Assembly: GCF_963921235.1 (NCBI RefSeq)
Contig: NC_086128.1
Location: forward strand, 41,354,001 to 41,418,000
Source: Mobula hypostoma
Lineage: Eukaryota
Direction: 5' to 3'
DNA length: 64,000 nucleotides
Part shown: positions 62,667 to 64,000 of the stretch, one piece after another
Layout of the letters: the number at the start of each line of letters is the position of its first letter
Numbering within the stretch: the first letter of the stretch is position 1
Notes under the pieces: model-generated
What the model saw: only the letters and a program-made list of their open reading frames with translations
Told to the model about the DNA's origin: nothing
The model's database searches: none
Program-made: the position numbers and the translations under genes

Positions 62667-63353
62667 TAGAATATAAAATGGTACAAAGTACAGGCCCTTT
62701 GGCTCATGATGCTCTGTTGACTATTAACCACCTCCACTATCAATCTAACCCTTCCCTCCTACATAACCCACAGCCCTCTATTTTTTCTTTCTTCTATGTG
62801 CCTATCATAGAGTCTCTTAAATGTCCTGAGCGCATCAGCCTCTACCACCACCACCGGCACTGCATTCTAGACACTTACCACTCCCTGTGTAAAAATCCTA
62901 CCTCTGACATTTCTCCTAAACTTTCCTCCACTCACCTTAAAAGGCTGTCCTCTGGTATTAGCCATCGGTACCCTGCGGAAAAGATGCTGGCTGTTCACGC
63001 TGTCTATGCCTCTTGCAACCATATATGTCTCTATTAAGTCACCTTTCCTTCAGTCCAAAGAGAAAAGCTCTATCTTGCTCAGGCTGTCCTCTTAAGACAT
63101 GTTCTCCAGTCCAGGCAGTATCCTGGTAAATCTTCTCTGCACCTTTCTTAAGCTTCCACATACTTCCTATAAGGAGGTGACCAGAACTGAGCACAATACT
63201 CCAAGTGTGGTTAAGCAGGGTTTTATGGAGCAGCAACATTACCTTACAGCTCCTGAACTCATCCGCTGACTAATGAAGGCCATCATACTATGCGCCTTCT
63301 GAACCACCTTATCAACTTGCACAGCAACTTTGAGGGATCTATGGACGTAGACC
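62667..63353 (-). mobile_element. CR1 3' fragment
   Basis: ggtgaccagaactgagcacaatactccaagtg (LEYCAQFWSP on the minus strand) and the CR1 3' UTR. Confidence 0.85.
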
Positions 63354-64000
63354 CCATTAGTTCTTTAATGAAAAGATTTCTGTGTGAAATAAACAGATTT
63401 CTTCACTATGGATTTCTCCACAGAATGCAGTTCTCTATGGCCAATTCCACCTCTGACTAATGTTGAAAGGATGCAGAGAGCAGTTCATCATATGAAACAC
63501 GTTTTAAAGTGATTCCAACCAATATTATATATGCCACATAGGTTGCTGTACCTTGACTGCCTGGAGATTTCACACAGTGGCAAATCTATTTATCCTACAC
63601 TGGCATACTGTTAAAATTTGGACCCATGTTCTAAGGATGAATGCCATTTACTCTCCTGGTGGATTGTGCCATTTTTATTTAGCAACGTAATTAGTCACCA
63701 ACATGTCAGATGGTACTGTGACAAATAATTAATTTGTAATGCAACGCAGCAGCTCATTTTGGTACAACAGGGGACAACAACAAAAATCTGGAGAAGTTGC
63801 CAATGCCCATTACATTTGAAGAAATGGGAAAGAGCAGCAAATAAAAGACAAAACTGAATGGAAACACCGTGATTTAAAAGAAATCACATCGAACAAAAGT
63901 AAATCCAGTTAATACCTGACCAATTGCAAAACAGCCCCAGGTGACCGCAGCAGGAAGTAATGATAACAGAGTGAGCACTGAATGAAAACTGAATAGAAAT

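Overview
Eukaryotic, repeat-dense, gene-poor DNA with no prokaryotic features. The repeat set (HER1/CR1 LINEs, HE1/V-SINE-like SINEs, Rex1/Babar, L1/Tx1, Neptune-type Penelope-like elements, Tc1/Tigger and hAT relics) points to a cartilaginous fish, probably a ray; that assignment is an inference. No host protein-coding gene can be supported, only three weak exon-like segments. The main feature is a young Penelope-like element (PLE) insertion at 4448-10658. It is a near-full-length RT+GIY-YIG copy on the minus strand joined head-to-head to a 5'-truncated inverted copy, and one 15-bp target-site duplication (TSD) encloses both. Each arm carries a minimal hammerhead ribozyme (HHR) in its 3' UTR. 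The inverted arm lacks a 34-nt 3' tail and differs from its partner mostly at synonymous sites in its 5' part, suggesting two different template RNAs. The same architecture recurs in miniature as 180-195-bp HHR-centred fold-back elements with TSDs (61544-61723, 56255-56448), and several solo 3' fragments stop at the HHR. Other items: ORF-less retroposons with YY1-like heads and Rex1/Babar-type tails, a CR1 with a tandem-monomer 5' UTR, a MER2/Tigger-like element, and several nested insertions. All comparisons were made by eye; no database searches were run.
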